Of a DNA stretch of 64,000 nt, positions 1-12,499 are shown piece by piece. The DNA comes from Octopus sinensis (Eukaryota). The position numbers and the translations under genes were made by a program. The stretch lies in assembly GCF_006345805.1 (NCBI RefSeq), contig NC_043009.1, positions 66,526,001 to 66,590,000 of the forward strand. The letters are read 5' to 3'. The notes under the pieces were generated by a model. It searched no databases, was not told the DNA's origin, and worked only from the letters and a program-made list of their open reading frames with translations. The first letter of the stretch is position 1. Every line of letters starts with the position of its first letter.

Positions 1-519
1 CGCGTCACTGAAAACCGGCTTTATGGATTCTGCTAAGCCACTTTCTTAATTATATTTATTTATTTAGTTAGTTTTGCAACAACAACAACAATAACAACAT
101 CAGCAGCAGCACAAACAACAACAACAACACCAATAATAATAGTAATAGCAATCTCTGTTAATTTTGTAGCATAACTTCATTTAAGTACGATGAAGACAAA
201 GTGAAACTCAGATTGTCAGTAAACTAACTGGTGATGGTCTTTAATATTAGTCATTAAGTCAGTTCACTAAGTTCAATTACAGTAATTCTTTTCTCTTCAA
301 CACAGTTAAACGTTTCATTAACCTCGTACACAAAACTGTCTTACCATTAAGCTATTTGGGATAAAAATAAAGTTTTTGCCGTCGAACGAAGTCGGCGAAC
401 TGGCGGAATCCTTAGGAGGCCGGACAAAAAGTGGAGAAACCTGGTTCTAGCTTATGAGTTCAAATTCGGCCGAGGTCGACTTTCCTTTTCATCCTTTCGG
501 AAAGACAGACAAAATAACG

Positions 520-816
520 TTATTCTTTTCTACTCTAGGCACAAGGCCCGAAATTTTGGTGGAGGGGGACCAGTCGATTAGATCGACCCCAGTACGCAAC
601 TGGTACTTAATTTATCGAACCCGAAAGGATGAAAGGCAAAGTCGACCTCGGCAGAATTTGAACTCAGAACGTAAAGACAGATGAAATACCTATTTCTTTA
701 CTGCCCACAAACGAGCTACACACAGAGGGGACAAACAAGGACAGACAAACAGATTAAGTCGATAACATCGACCACAGTGCGTAACTGGTACTTATTTAAT
801 CGACCCCGAAAGGATC
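520..816 (-). mobile_element. 5'-truncated Tx1-tailed unit (690-816) joined to a host SINE remainder (520-689)
   Basis: Minus-strand junction AAAGAAATAG|GTATTTCATC at 690/689. The host ends in its own tail CCCCCTCCACCAAAATTTCGGGCCTTGTGCCTAGAGTAGAAAAG. Confidence 0.85.
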
Positions 817-2079
817 GAACTGTCAAACTTTTGCTCGTAAAAATTAACTTTTGCACTCAAATGCATTAAGTGTTCGATCTGCAGATACATCTCTCTCTCT
901 CTCTCTTTTCCTCTCGTCTCCTCTCTCTCCTCTCTCTCCTCTTTATCCTCTCTTTCCTCTCTCCATCTCTCTCTCTCTCCCCCTCTCCTCCTCTCTTTCT
1001 CTCCTCTCTCTCTCTTTTTTCTTTTGCTATACATGTAGGTGTGCATGTGTGTATGCGCACCTCTGTGTGTGTGTGTGTGTGTGTGTGAGTGTGTGTATTC
1101 ATGTATTTGTGTGTGTATGTGTATGTGTGCGTGCGTGTGTGTGTAAAAGGACATCTGAACCGTTTCTGTCAACCAAATTTCACTTTGCAATTTTCTGCCG
1201 AAACCGAGTTTATGAGAACTGACATTTCATCTTGAGATTGTTGCTCGATAGAATCGAGCCCTGAACCACGAAATTACGATAGAATTTCTTAGCCACACAA
1301 TATTAAAGAGTGTGGTGGGTGGGTGGATAATGGTGTGTTGTGTGGGTACTGAGAGGTGCCGAGTGCTAGTGTGTATGGAGTGGGAAGGTGTGTGCGGGGT
1401 TGTGGGAATCTGTGGGTTTGGTGTTGGGTGAAGAGAGGTGGCAAATTGAGACCATAAGGAGCAAAGGAATGAAGGAATATATATACATCCCCATACCCCA
1501 CCCTCACATCTCACTCCCACATACCCCACCCTTACCACCACATCCTCGCCCCAAACCCACACCCCACACTCACATCCCCACACTCTTCCCTTGCAACCCC
1601 ACACCCCAACACCGTCACACCACACACCACCATACCACATCACACCACACCACATCACGTGATCATCCACACACCCACACATTACAGATGCACACACTTA
1701 TATACGCACACATCTACGCATCAAACTCACCAGCCCATGTCCACAAGCACATTTACAAACTCTCACATGCGCATCTTCGTTTTGGGATCACCAATACTTT
1801 ATTATCTCCCCTTTTTCCTAGCCCTCCTGTCTAACCACCTCTGTCCAGCCAGCCGCCATGATTGACCGCTAACTTCAAAAGTTTTTTTATTCTCTCTTTT
1901 ATTTCCTCATGTTCCTTTCTGTTGAAGAGCGTAGGCTCGGAACGTAAAAGATTTTCTCACCTTCCTGAGCGTTAAACTAATACACCTGTTTTTTCTTTAT
2001 ACACGTCTTCGTCTTTTGTTTTTCTGTAAATTTCACCTATATATATACATATATATATATATATGTCTGTGTATTTATG

Positions 2080-2125
<46 letters not shown>

Positions 2126-2437
2126 CACACATATATATATGTATATATATATATGATCACGTGACCGACCAGTCCATCAGATGTAGTTACACATCGCTGG
2201 TCACAATGCGTTCGCATTGTTTTAGCCTTCGAACGATGCCACCCCGCTGGCTAAGCGAGCAGGCCAACAGAAGAAATAGTGGGAGAAAGAGTGGTGAAAG
2301 AGTACAGCTGGGATCACCACCCCCTGCTGGAGCCTCGTGGAGCTTTTATGTGTTTTAGCTCAATAAACACTCACAACGCCCGGTCTGGGAATCGAAACCG
2401 CGATCCTACGACCGCGAGTGCCTCCACATTGTGCCTC

Positions 2438-2536
<99 letters not shown>

Positions 2537-4710
2537 ATATGTATATATACAGTGAAAGTGCGTGGTGAAATGGATAGGGTATTACACCCATGATCGCTAG
2601 CTCGTGTGTTCACTCGATTATCAGACGCGTTGTATTCTTGAACCAAACGCTTTATATCACGTGCTTCTGTCCACTCAGCTGTAAATGGTTAAACTGACCA
2701 AGGGTAATGACGGTCTGCTCGCCCAGCGAAATGGCATCATCCAAAAGCTAAAGACGGTGCAAAGCAAATTTCTCAATAGTCCAGAGTAAGTATATTCTCT
2801 TTCTCACTGATCGTCAGTTTTATGCTAACATCTGATTCTCACAATTCTACAGTTGACTTCCACAACAGTATACAGTTTCTCTATATGTATGTACATATAT
2901 ATGTGCGTATGTATGTATGTATTTATGTGTGTGTGTGTGTGGGGGGGTGCTTCTTGAAAGTTATGAAAGTTCTCTTGGTATAAACCGCAGGACATGTTTT
3001 CGCTTTATTTTGACGTCATCAGTGATCACAGCAATTGAGCGAACACTTAGCGAACAGAAAAATGAAATTATTTCGCGAAAATAAATAATATTATTTGCTT
3101 AATATTGGTTTTTAAGCATTTTCCCGGCAGCTCCGGATATGTATCTGCGTCTATTTTGACGCCTGCAGCAACACGAAATGACAGGGGGCGAATCGCTGAG
3201 GAATTACATGAAAATTTAGATTAACTGGCGAGGAAAACTGGAATTGTTTTTGAAATTAAATAATTCTGAGAAGCCATCCATATAATGAAGTGATAGTATG
3301 TGGAAGTAAGCATTCTTAATGCACTGTGCCGACTGGCTGATCGGTTAAGACGTTCGTTTTACAATCACGGGATCCCGGGTTCAACCCCACTGCGTTGCAT
3401 CTTAGATAAATATCTTTTTTTTTTTACATTCTCGAGCAGAAAGGCGAGGAATTGGTCGGATCGTTTACAAGCCGGACAAAAATGCTCATCGGTGTCTTTT
3501 CCGGCTTTACGTTCTGCATTCAAACGTCGTGTCGAGAACGACTTTGCTTTTCAACCTGTCTGAGTCGTTAAAATAAGTACCAGTTGAATACTGAGGTCGA
3601 TGTAATCAACTAGCCCCCACGCTCACCCCCAATCATCTCAAATTTCAGGCCTTGTGTTGCCTTCTGTATTCTAGGATCATATTCTCGAACAGAAAGGCAG
3701 ACAACAGGTAGAAATGTTAAGACTCCGGGTTAAATGATTAACGCCGTTTACAGTTTGAAGTAACGTGAAATTAAGCGTTTCGTTCAAGAACACAGCGCAG
3801 AATAGAAATATAACCAAGTATATTTATACATGCATGTATCTAGTCGTAATTATATATATATATATATATATATATAGTATGTATATATATTATTAATATT
3901 TTATATTAATATTATTTTATATATATGTATTATTAATATTATTAGCATTCATCTCCGTCGTATAAAATGGAGCGATGTGCTTTGCGTGAACTTTTTGGAT
4001 CCTTCTCCAGACCTTTCCTTTCGGTACTGTGGGGATGTAAAACACTAGACACTCCAGAAGTGACAATCACAACAGAGTTTTCTAGTCTTCTATGTGATTT
4101 TGCCTTTCGATTCGCGCACATTCGGTTCCTGGTTATCGACTGCGTGTATAACAGCTTCGATTTCATAAACACAAAACACTCAAGGCCTTCACCACCAAGT
4201 GGTTAGATTTCTTAGCCAGGGACGGCGGACGGTCGCCTATTATAAGCTAATATTCAGAATGCATGCATTGGACACAATGGTTTTAATGACCAACTATAAA
4301 ATATGCTGCGTGTGATTTACCGATATAACAATCAGCAACTATGAAATAATGAAATATCAAGTGTTAAAATATTTATAGCTGAAATTACAATAAAACTTGA
4401 TAGTTTGATAGCAATAACGTCATAAATTACTGCAAGATATCTAGTGTAGGAGGTGGGGTATGTTTAATCGACTAACGACAAACCGCTTTCCCTAATACGG
4501 CCGTCCTTGTGACTAAATATTATATATTAGCAGAACGGCAGCAGAATAGTGAATTATACGACTTGTGCTGTTTGGTCGGATCATTCGATTCCCATAGTTC
4601 AAATCCACCGAGGTCAGCTATGCGATCTCTTTTCTGAGATCGATTTAATCGATTATGCTCCTCTTCTCAAGCATTTTGCCAATGTAAGAAACCTTTATTT
4701 CACTCAGCAG

Positions 4711-5070
4711 AGGCGGCGACATGGCAGAATTGTTTGCATGCCGGGCGAAATGCTTAGCGGTATTTCGTCTGCCGCTACGTTCTGAGTTCAAATTCTGCCG
4801 AGGTCGACTCTGCCTTTCATCCTTTCGGGGTCGATTAAATAAGTACCAGTTACGCACTGGGGTCGATGTAATCGACTTAATCCATGTGTCTGTCCTTGTT
4901 TGTCCCCTCTGTGTGTAGTAAAGAAATAAGTATTTTGTTCGTCTTTATGTTCTGAGTTCAAATTCCGCCGAGGTCGACTTTGTCTTTCATTCTTTCGGGA
5001 TCGATAAAATAAGTTCCAGTCGAGTACTGGGTTCGATATAATGACTTCCTCTCCCCTCAAAATCTGCTGC
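4711..5070 (+). mobile_element. Host SINE carrying an internal Tx1-tailed unit (4760-4929)
   Basis: Head 4711-4759, unit to AAGAAATAA, then GTATTTT.. restarts the SINE body, which ends in the non-Tx1 tail CCCCTCAAAAT. Confidence 0.85.
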
Positions 5071-5102
5071 TTTTATACCAAAATTGGCAGCCCTTAGCGC
5101 AG

Positions 5103-5620
5103 CAAAGGCGGCAAGCTGGCAGAATTTTTGTAACTCCAGGAAAAATGCCGCGTCCTTGTTATAAAAAGAATTACATTCTCGCGAGTAGAAAAGGCGGCAA
5201 AATAGCAGAATCGTTAATATGCCAGGCGAAATGCCGCTAAGCACTTTGTCTTCAAGTTCTGGGTTCAAATTTCGCCAAGTTCGACTTTACCTCCTATCCT
5301 TTCATGGTCGATAAATTAAGTACCAGTTGCGTACTGGGTCGATCTAATCGACTAGCCCCCTCCCCCCAAATTTCGACCCTTGTACTTAGAATAGAAAAGT
5401 ATATTTTCGAGTAGAAAAGGCGGCGAAATGGTCGAATCGTTGGCACGTTGGGCGAAATGCCGCGAAGCACTTTCTAATCATGTTCTGGCTCCAAATTCCG
5501 CCGAGGTCGATTTTTGCCTTCCATCCTTTCTGGTTCGACGAAATAAGAAGCAGCTGAGCGCTGGGGTCGGTGTAGTCGCCTTCCACCCCCGCCAAAATTT
5601 CAAGCCTTGTTCCAATAGTA
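5103..5620 (+). mobile_element. Head-to-tail cluster of older tRNA-derived SINE copies (GGCGGCG-headed family)
   Basis: Heads at ~5105, ~5190 and ~5418. B boxes GGTTCAAATTTC and GCTCCAAATTCC. Family tail CCCCC..AAATTTC..CCTTGT. Confidence 0.75.
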
Positions 5621-6389
5621 GAAAGGATTATTTAACTCAGGAGAATCTTTTAGCGATTATTCAGGGATGCAAATCTAACTCCCATAAATCTTTATTTCTC
5701 TAGGGTCTCCCAAAGTGTTGGCATGGAAGGAAGAATTTCTCCTCCAGCTGGAGCCCCAACCACAATGGTTGCAACAGAGTGAATTCGACTAAAGGCACCC
5801 AAATACCATTTAGTTGTACTTAAACGAGCGATAGATCAAGACTTCTACGCAGGAACTCAGAATCGTGTCGGGAAAATTCACAGAAGACATTTTTGTTCTG
5901 GGAAAATTTTCAAAAGGGAATGTCACCAAACAGGAGGCCCAAAAGCAGACTATAAACTAGATAACTCATTTTAAAGAAATTACCTTTTTTCCAATTGGTA
6001 GGTTAGTTGAAGTTGACATTTTCAGAAAAGAGATAATCTTTTTTTTTTTTCCCGCAATTTAATTTATTTTTTTGTTACGGCGAATTTTCCTATAACGACT
6101 CAAAGCACCGAGAACCAAAGCAAATATCATATTACATCTCAGCCGACGCTCGGCTTGTTGTGCCAATCCTCCCTCTTGGATTGGTATTTTATTTAAATGA
6201 TTTCGAAAAGATGAAAGGCAAAGTTGACCATCGCAGAATTTGATTTCAAAACAAGGAGTGAAAGTCGTTTTTCTCGTTTCTTGCTTTTTTTTTTATTGTT
6301 GTTGTTTAATGTCTTTGTCTAACTTCGTTGCTTAACTGCAATAATGTCGAGCAGAAGCCATTGTATTATTTACTTACAACTCTCCCTAC

Positions 6390-6927
6390 TGAGAGTTCAA
6401 ATTCCGCCGAGGTCGACTTTACCTCCCATCCTTTCATGGTCGATAAATTAAGTACCAGCTGCGTACTGGGTTCGATCTAATCGACTAGCCCCCTCCCCCC
6501 AAATTTCGGGACTTGTGCTTAGAATAGAAAAGTATATTTTCGAGTATAAAAGGCGGCGAAATGGTCGAATCGTTGGCACGCTGAGACCTCGACAAACTCA
6601 GCTTTACTTTGGGGATTCATTTTGGGATTCATAAAGTAAGAATCAGTCAGGTACGGGATCGAATTGATCGATTATCCAGTGTCACTAAAATTTATGACAT
6701 TGTGTGTATATTTAAAAAACAAACAATATTTTTTTTTCTACTATCGGAACAAGGTTGAAATTTTGAGGGGTGGGTGTTACCCGATTACATTGACCCCAAT
6801 ACTTAACCCCACAAAGAATGAAAAATAAATCGATCCCGGCAGAATTTGAACTGAGAACGTAAAGATGGATGAAACGCCGCTAAGCATTTTGTTCGGCGTG
6901 CTAACGATTCTGCCATAACGCCGCCTT
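6390..6927. mobile_element. Further copies of the GGCGGCG-headed SINE (6390-6590 plus, 6745-6927 minus)
   Basis: Same body and tail motifs. Additional copies at ~391-500 (+), ~3437-3660 (+) and ~37490-37685 (-). Confidence 0.75.
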
Positions 6928-6961
6928 CGTTTGCAACCAATATTATAATTAGGAAAATGGC

Positions 6962-7200
6962 AACCAGCTAGTAGAAATGTCATCATGCCGCACAAAATGC
7001 TTAGCGGTATTTCGTCTGCCGTTACGTTGTGAGTTCAAATTCCGCCTAGGCCGACTTTGCCTTTCATCCTTTCGGGGTCGATTAGATAAGTACCAGTTAC
7101 GCACTGGGATCGATATAATCGACTTAATCCGTTTGTCTGTCCTTGTTTGTCCCCTCTGTGTTTAGCCCCTTGTGGGTAGTAAAGAAATAGGTATTTCGTC
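6962..7200 (+). mobile_element. SINE head plus Tx1-tailed unit (7007-7190) followed again by GTATTTCGTC
   Basis: Junction AAAGAAATAG|GTATTTCGTC at 7190/7191. Confidence 0.85.
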
Positions 7201-7412
7201 GGTCTACATTATTTCAAAGAATGTATCTGTTACACCCAAAATGCTGATCACTGCAATGCAGTCTTCCTGTCACCAGATGAAACATCTTATAAGTAATATT
7301 TGAAATATATAACAGCACACTCTGTCTTCACACACATTGAGTACTTTTCCTTTTCATTTGCCAACATATTAGCTACATAAATAGGAATAGCTGCAGCGTT
7401 TGTGTGCGTGAG

Positions 7413-7445
<33 letters not shown>

Positions 7446-8669
7446 GAGAGAGAGAGAAACAGAGAGAGTAAATGAATGAAAAAGATGAATAATTTTCAAA
7501 TTATTGATACAGGGATCGATAAATAAAGAGATGTAGATACAGTGATATCTAGAAATATAACCAAGTATATTTATACATGCATGTATCTTGTCGTAATAAT
7601 ATATATATATATATATATATATAATGTTAATAAAATAGAATTATGCATATATATAAACATATATGTACGTACCTACCTCTACATGTACATATACACGCAT
7701 ATATTGTGTACAGGACACCAAAAAGACGTCGAACACATAGAGAGACGAAACACATAGACACAAACCAGGAACAAGACAAGCAAAAAAAAAGGGAGAGATA
7801 CAGGACAATAAGCACAACGAAAAACCCCTTCTTCAGTCGCTAAGATTTCATCTACTAAACGTTTCGAAGGATAAAAGCGAGACGTATACTTCGAAGAAAA
7901 ATTCCTTCCCGCGAAAAGCAAATCAATTAAAATTCTGAGATCTTTTCGCAGAGGGGTAAAAAAAACAGACGGTTAACGACAGTACAACATATAAACAGTA
8001 AAAAATATATATATAAACAGTGGAAAAATAAATATATAACAGTGAGAGACAAACAAGGAGAACAAGATAAGAAGGGCTGTTAACGCCAGACGAAAAAAGT
8101 ATTGTAAACGCTGGATTATCGTGGAAGACAGAGAGGGAAATTTTGTCAACCAGAAGCCTTGCAAGGCGGGCGAGAAAGGACAGGACAGCAGTCACGACGG
8201 AAGTATCGTCGCAGATGGATGACGGGAATGGGGGAGGAGGAGCAAGAGGAAGAGAGAGAAGAAGGGGAATGGTGCGAGGAGACCATGAAGAATGGTGAAA
8301 GGGAGAGAGAGAATGAAGAATGAGAGAGAGAGGAAGAGACAAGTTAAATGAGGGAAAAAAAGACGAAAAAGGGAATGGGAGAGAAAGAAAGAAAGAAAGA
8401 TGCAGAGTCGCGTGAGAGTTAATATCAAGGCTAACTTGATAAACAGAACAATCTTACTTAGTAGGTGCGTGCGTTAATCGTATAATATGTTAATAAAATA
8501 GAATATATGCATATATATACATATATGTACGTACCTACCTCTACATGTACATATACACGCATATATGGTGTACAGGACACCAAAAAGACGTCGAACACAG
8601 AGAGAGACGAAACACATAGACACAAACCAAGGAACAAGACAAGCAAAAAAAAAGGGAGAGATACAGGAC

Positions 8670-8707
<38 letters not shown>

Positions 8708-8903
8708 TTATTTATTTATATATATATATATTTATTTATTTATTTATATGTATGTATGTATATATATTATTAATATTTTATATTAATATTATTTTATATA
8801 TATGTATTATTAATATTATTAGCATTGATCTCCTTCGTATAAAATGGAGCGATGTGCTTTGCGTGAACTTTTTGGTTCCTTCTCCGGACCTTTCCTTTCT
8901 CCT

Positions 8904-8936
8904 AATTCTGACGAAGAGCCATGCTCGAAACATTAT
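8904..8936 (+). ncRNA. Minimal hammerhead ribozyme-like motif, probably inactive
   Basis: CTGACGA-A-GAGC-CAT-GCTC-GAAA-C: the catalytic core and a 4-bp stem II are intact, but stem III is broken. Confidence 0.5.
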
Positions 8937-9284
8937 ACACCTACTCTCTTTTTCCATCTTATACTTGTCGACACGCTAATACATTCCATGTGAACGTCCT
9001 TTTCACTTTTGCTGCTTTGTTATTTGCTGTTTTTAATTTTCCATTTGCCTCTGTGTGTGTGTGTGTGTGTGTGTATGTGTGTGTGTGTGTGTGGTGTGTG
9101 TGTGTGTGTGTGTGTGTGTGCCTGTGTGTCTGTGTGTGTGTATATGTGAGTACATATGTATACTTGTATTCATACATACATTCAGACGAAAACACCCTGC
9201 AGCAAAAGTTCGAAGACATTGTCAAACTTTTGCTCATAAAAATTAACTTTTGCACTCAAATGCATTATGTGTTCGATCTACAGA

Positions 9285-9331
<47 letters not shown>

Positions 9332-9679
9332 ATATATATGTGTGTGTGTGTGCATGTGTGTATGCGCACCTGTGTATGTGTTTGTGTGTGTGTATGTGTG
9401 TGTGCGTGTGCGTGTAAAAGGAGATCTGAACTGTTTCTGTCAACCAAATTTCACATCGCAATTTACTGCCCAAACCGAGTTTATGAGAACTGACATTACA
9501 TCGTGCGATTGTTGCTCGATAGAATCGAACCCTGAACCACGAAATTACGATAGAACTTCTTAGCCACACAATTATGCCTGCGTAATTGTTTCACGTTAAC
9601 TCTTTTATACATTTGTGCTTGACCAAAATAAAAGAACCGGACAACTGAACCTTTCTTGGTTCCTTTAATATTTTGACGA

Positions 9680-10055
9680 GGCGCAGGCATGGCTGTGTGG
9701 TAAGAAGCTTACTTCGCAACCACATGGTTCCGGGTTCAGCTCCTCTGGGTAAGGGGCTTCTACTATAGCCTCGGGCCCACCGAAGCCTTGTGAGCGGATT
9801 TGGTAGACAGAAACTGAAAGAATCCCATCGTATATATAAATATCTATGCATGCTTGTGTGTGTTTATGTGTCTGTATTTGTCTCTCACACCCGCTTGACA
9901 ACCGGTGTTAGTGTGTTTACATCCCCGTAATTAGCGGTTCGGCAAAAAACTTAAGAAAAGAAAATATGCATTGGGGTCGACTCGTTTGACTAAAATCCTT
10001 CAAGGCGGTGCTCCAGCATGACTGAAGCTTAATGATTGAAACAAGTAAAAGATAA
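9680..10055 (+). mobile_element. Second tRNA-derived SINE family with a CORE-like domain
   Basis: Head GGCGCAGGCATGGCTGTGTGGTAAG and B box GGTTCAG. The CORE-like motif GCACCTTGGGCAAGTG is clearest in the 11815-12200 copy. Tail GAAACAAGTAAAAGATAAAAG. Confidence 0.7.
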
Positions 10056-10130
10056 AAGAATGATACCGTCAAGCATTTATTTATTTATTTTATTTTATTG
10101 TATTTTATTTATATTATTTTATTTATTTCT

Positions 10131-10409
10131 TGTGGGAGTGGTGAGTACCTTCCTAGAGAGATAACTGATCCAGGAAGGATGGAACGGAATGTCGAGCTAG
10201 CCGTGAATTGAACGCGGGATATAGAAGGGCACAGTATAATACTTGAAGACAGCTCCACGAATTTCCGACAATTTCTGATGACTGGGCCAAGTGAGCCCTT
10301 CCCTCGGAGCAACAACTGATCGCAGTGCGTTCACGGAAAAGAAACTTCGTAGGTTTAGCAGAAACCGGAGTACGTGACTTTCTCGTAATTCCCAGGAAAA
10401 TGAATGACA
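10131..10409. mobile_element. Possible solo LTR
   Basis: GC-richer 279-bp block in AT-rich flanks, with TGT...ACA termini and flanking 5-mers TTTCT and TTACT (4/5 match). No second copy in the window. Confidence 0.35.
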
Positions 10410-10939
10410 TTACTTAAGTATCTTCAACTAGTAATGGCATATCATTAAAAACTATGCAATATTCAGTGTGAAAAAAATATTCATAGGAAAATTACACAGA
10501 AAATATATCTAATATCCATTTACGAAAATATAAGTGGTAATATTTAGTATGAATACAATGCTAGCAGTATTTTAATGACCAGCTATGAAATAATATCTTT
10601 TAGCACTTTGATAGCCATAATATAATGGATGTCTATGAAATATTCTTTATGAATACATTTGATAAGAATTATTGATTTCTCGTGACTAAGCACAAGGCCA
10701 ATTTGTATTGGGAATAAACATAAAAAAATTAACCAAGCAGACTAATGAAAACTGCTCTCAGATGTGGGAAGATGGAGAAGAAGAAGAAGAAAAAAACTAA
10801 ATAGCAATTGACTAAGAAAGAAAATCAGTGTATTATACTCACACAAAATACTAAGTCTATCAATTTTTCTAAGGTCTTGGGGGTTGCGAATAGACCGTGC
10901 TTCTCTGAAGAGGTCTACAGATACCGAAACATGCTCGAG

Positions 10940-12200
10940 ACTCTCTTTTACTCTTTTACTTGTTTCAGTCATTTGACTGTGGCGATGCTGGAGCACCGCC
11001 TTTAGTCGAGCAAATCGACCCCAGGACTTATTCTTTGTAAGCCTAGTACTTATTCTATCGGTCTCTTTTGCCGAACCGCTAAGTTACGGGGACGTAAACA
11101 CACCAGCATCGGTTGTCAAGCGATGCTGGGGGGGGGTACAAACACAGACACATATACACACACACATACATATATATTATACATATATACGACAGGCTTC
11201 TTTCAGTTTCCGTCTACCAAATCCACTCACAAGGCTTTGGTAGAAGACACTTGCCCAAGGTGCCACGCAGTGGGACTGAACCCGGAACCATGTAGTTTGT
11301 AAGCAAGCTACTTACCACACAGCCACTCCTACGCCTGTTACCTTTATTGCCAAAGTTTAAACTCATCCCTTTGTATGTCTACAATTAATGTTGGGGCGAT
11401 TGAAATTTCAGCCGTTCTCTCCCTCACCTTTTAGAGAGAGGGGGAGAAAGAAAAAGACAAAGTGGGGGTGGGAAGAGCAATTTTTATTAAATCTAAGAAG
11501 CTTTGTCCAAATGATTAACAAATATTTTCGGCTCTCCACGTTGTCTTTAGAATCATCTCTATCTTTCTCTCTCCACCACTCTTTCTCTCTCCCGTTCTCT
11601 CTCCTGTTCTCCTTCTTTGTTTCTTTCTTTCTCTTTGTATGCTCGTGTGGTGGATGAGAATATGTTAGTGAAACCATAGAATAACTAAGCACGAGAAACG
11701 GCTCAGGCTGATCAAACTCTCAAACTCCGAACTCGTATTGACGAAGAGCAATCCGCTAGAACAAGAATTGGTTGTAATTTCGGAGGAGTAGCAGACAAAA
11801 AGACGAAGAAGGGCAGGCGTGGTTGGGTGGTAAGAAGTTTGATTTCCAACCACATAGGTTCGCGTTCAGTTCCACTGCGTGGCACCTTGGGCAAGTGTCT
11901 TATTCTATAGCCTCAGGTCAACCAAAGCCATGTGAGTGAATTTGGAAGAGGGAAACTGAAAGAAGCCCATTGTGTGTGTGTTTGTGTGCGTGCATGTTTG
12001 TGTGTGTGTGTGTGCTTGAGCCCATCATCATGTTTGCGTACTTAAGTCCCCGTAACGTAGCGGTTCGGTCATAGAGGTCGATAAAATAAGTACCAGGCTT
12101 AGAATAATTAAGTATTTGGATCGATTCGTTCGAGTAAAGATTCCTCTAGGTGGTGCCCCAGCACGGCCTCAGTATAACGACTGGAACGAACATAAAGATA
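10940..12200. mobile_element. Two more CORE-like SINE copies (10940-11335 minus, 11815-12200 plus)
   Basis: Mutual similarity with 9680-10055. Fragments also at ~19237-19335 (-), ~34600-34830 (+), ~35530-35700 (-), ~60130-60230 (-) and ~61970-62160 (-). Confidence 0.7.
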
Positions 12201-12499
12201 AAATATAAACATTTATAGATTGTAGGAATGTTACATATGTATATTACAGACTGAAAAAAGTTTTACATCCGTTTCAAATATTGGCGAAAGGAACGATTGA
12301 TAGTATAAAATATATTCTAGAAACAGGTGTAGTCAATGAGGCAAATTTCACAAAGCATATTAGCAAAAGTGTTACCAACTCGCATGAAGCTCGATATGTA
12401 GGTATTTTTATGCGGACACCATCGAATATTCTCGTCGGAAGCATGATTAGCAAATGCAGCAAAAAAAAAATATTAACAAAAAATAATAATAAATAAATG

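Noticed and set aside
10891-10940. CTGAAGA..GAAAC as a hammerhead
   Set aside because: Stem I cannot be paired. A simple hairpin (TAGACC/GGTCTA) explains the sequence better.
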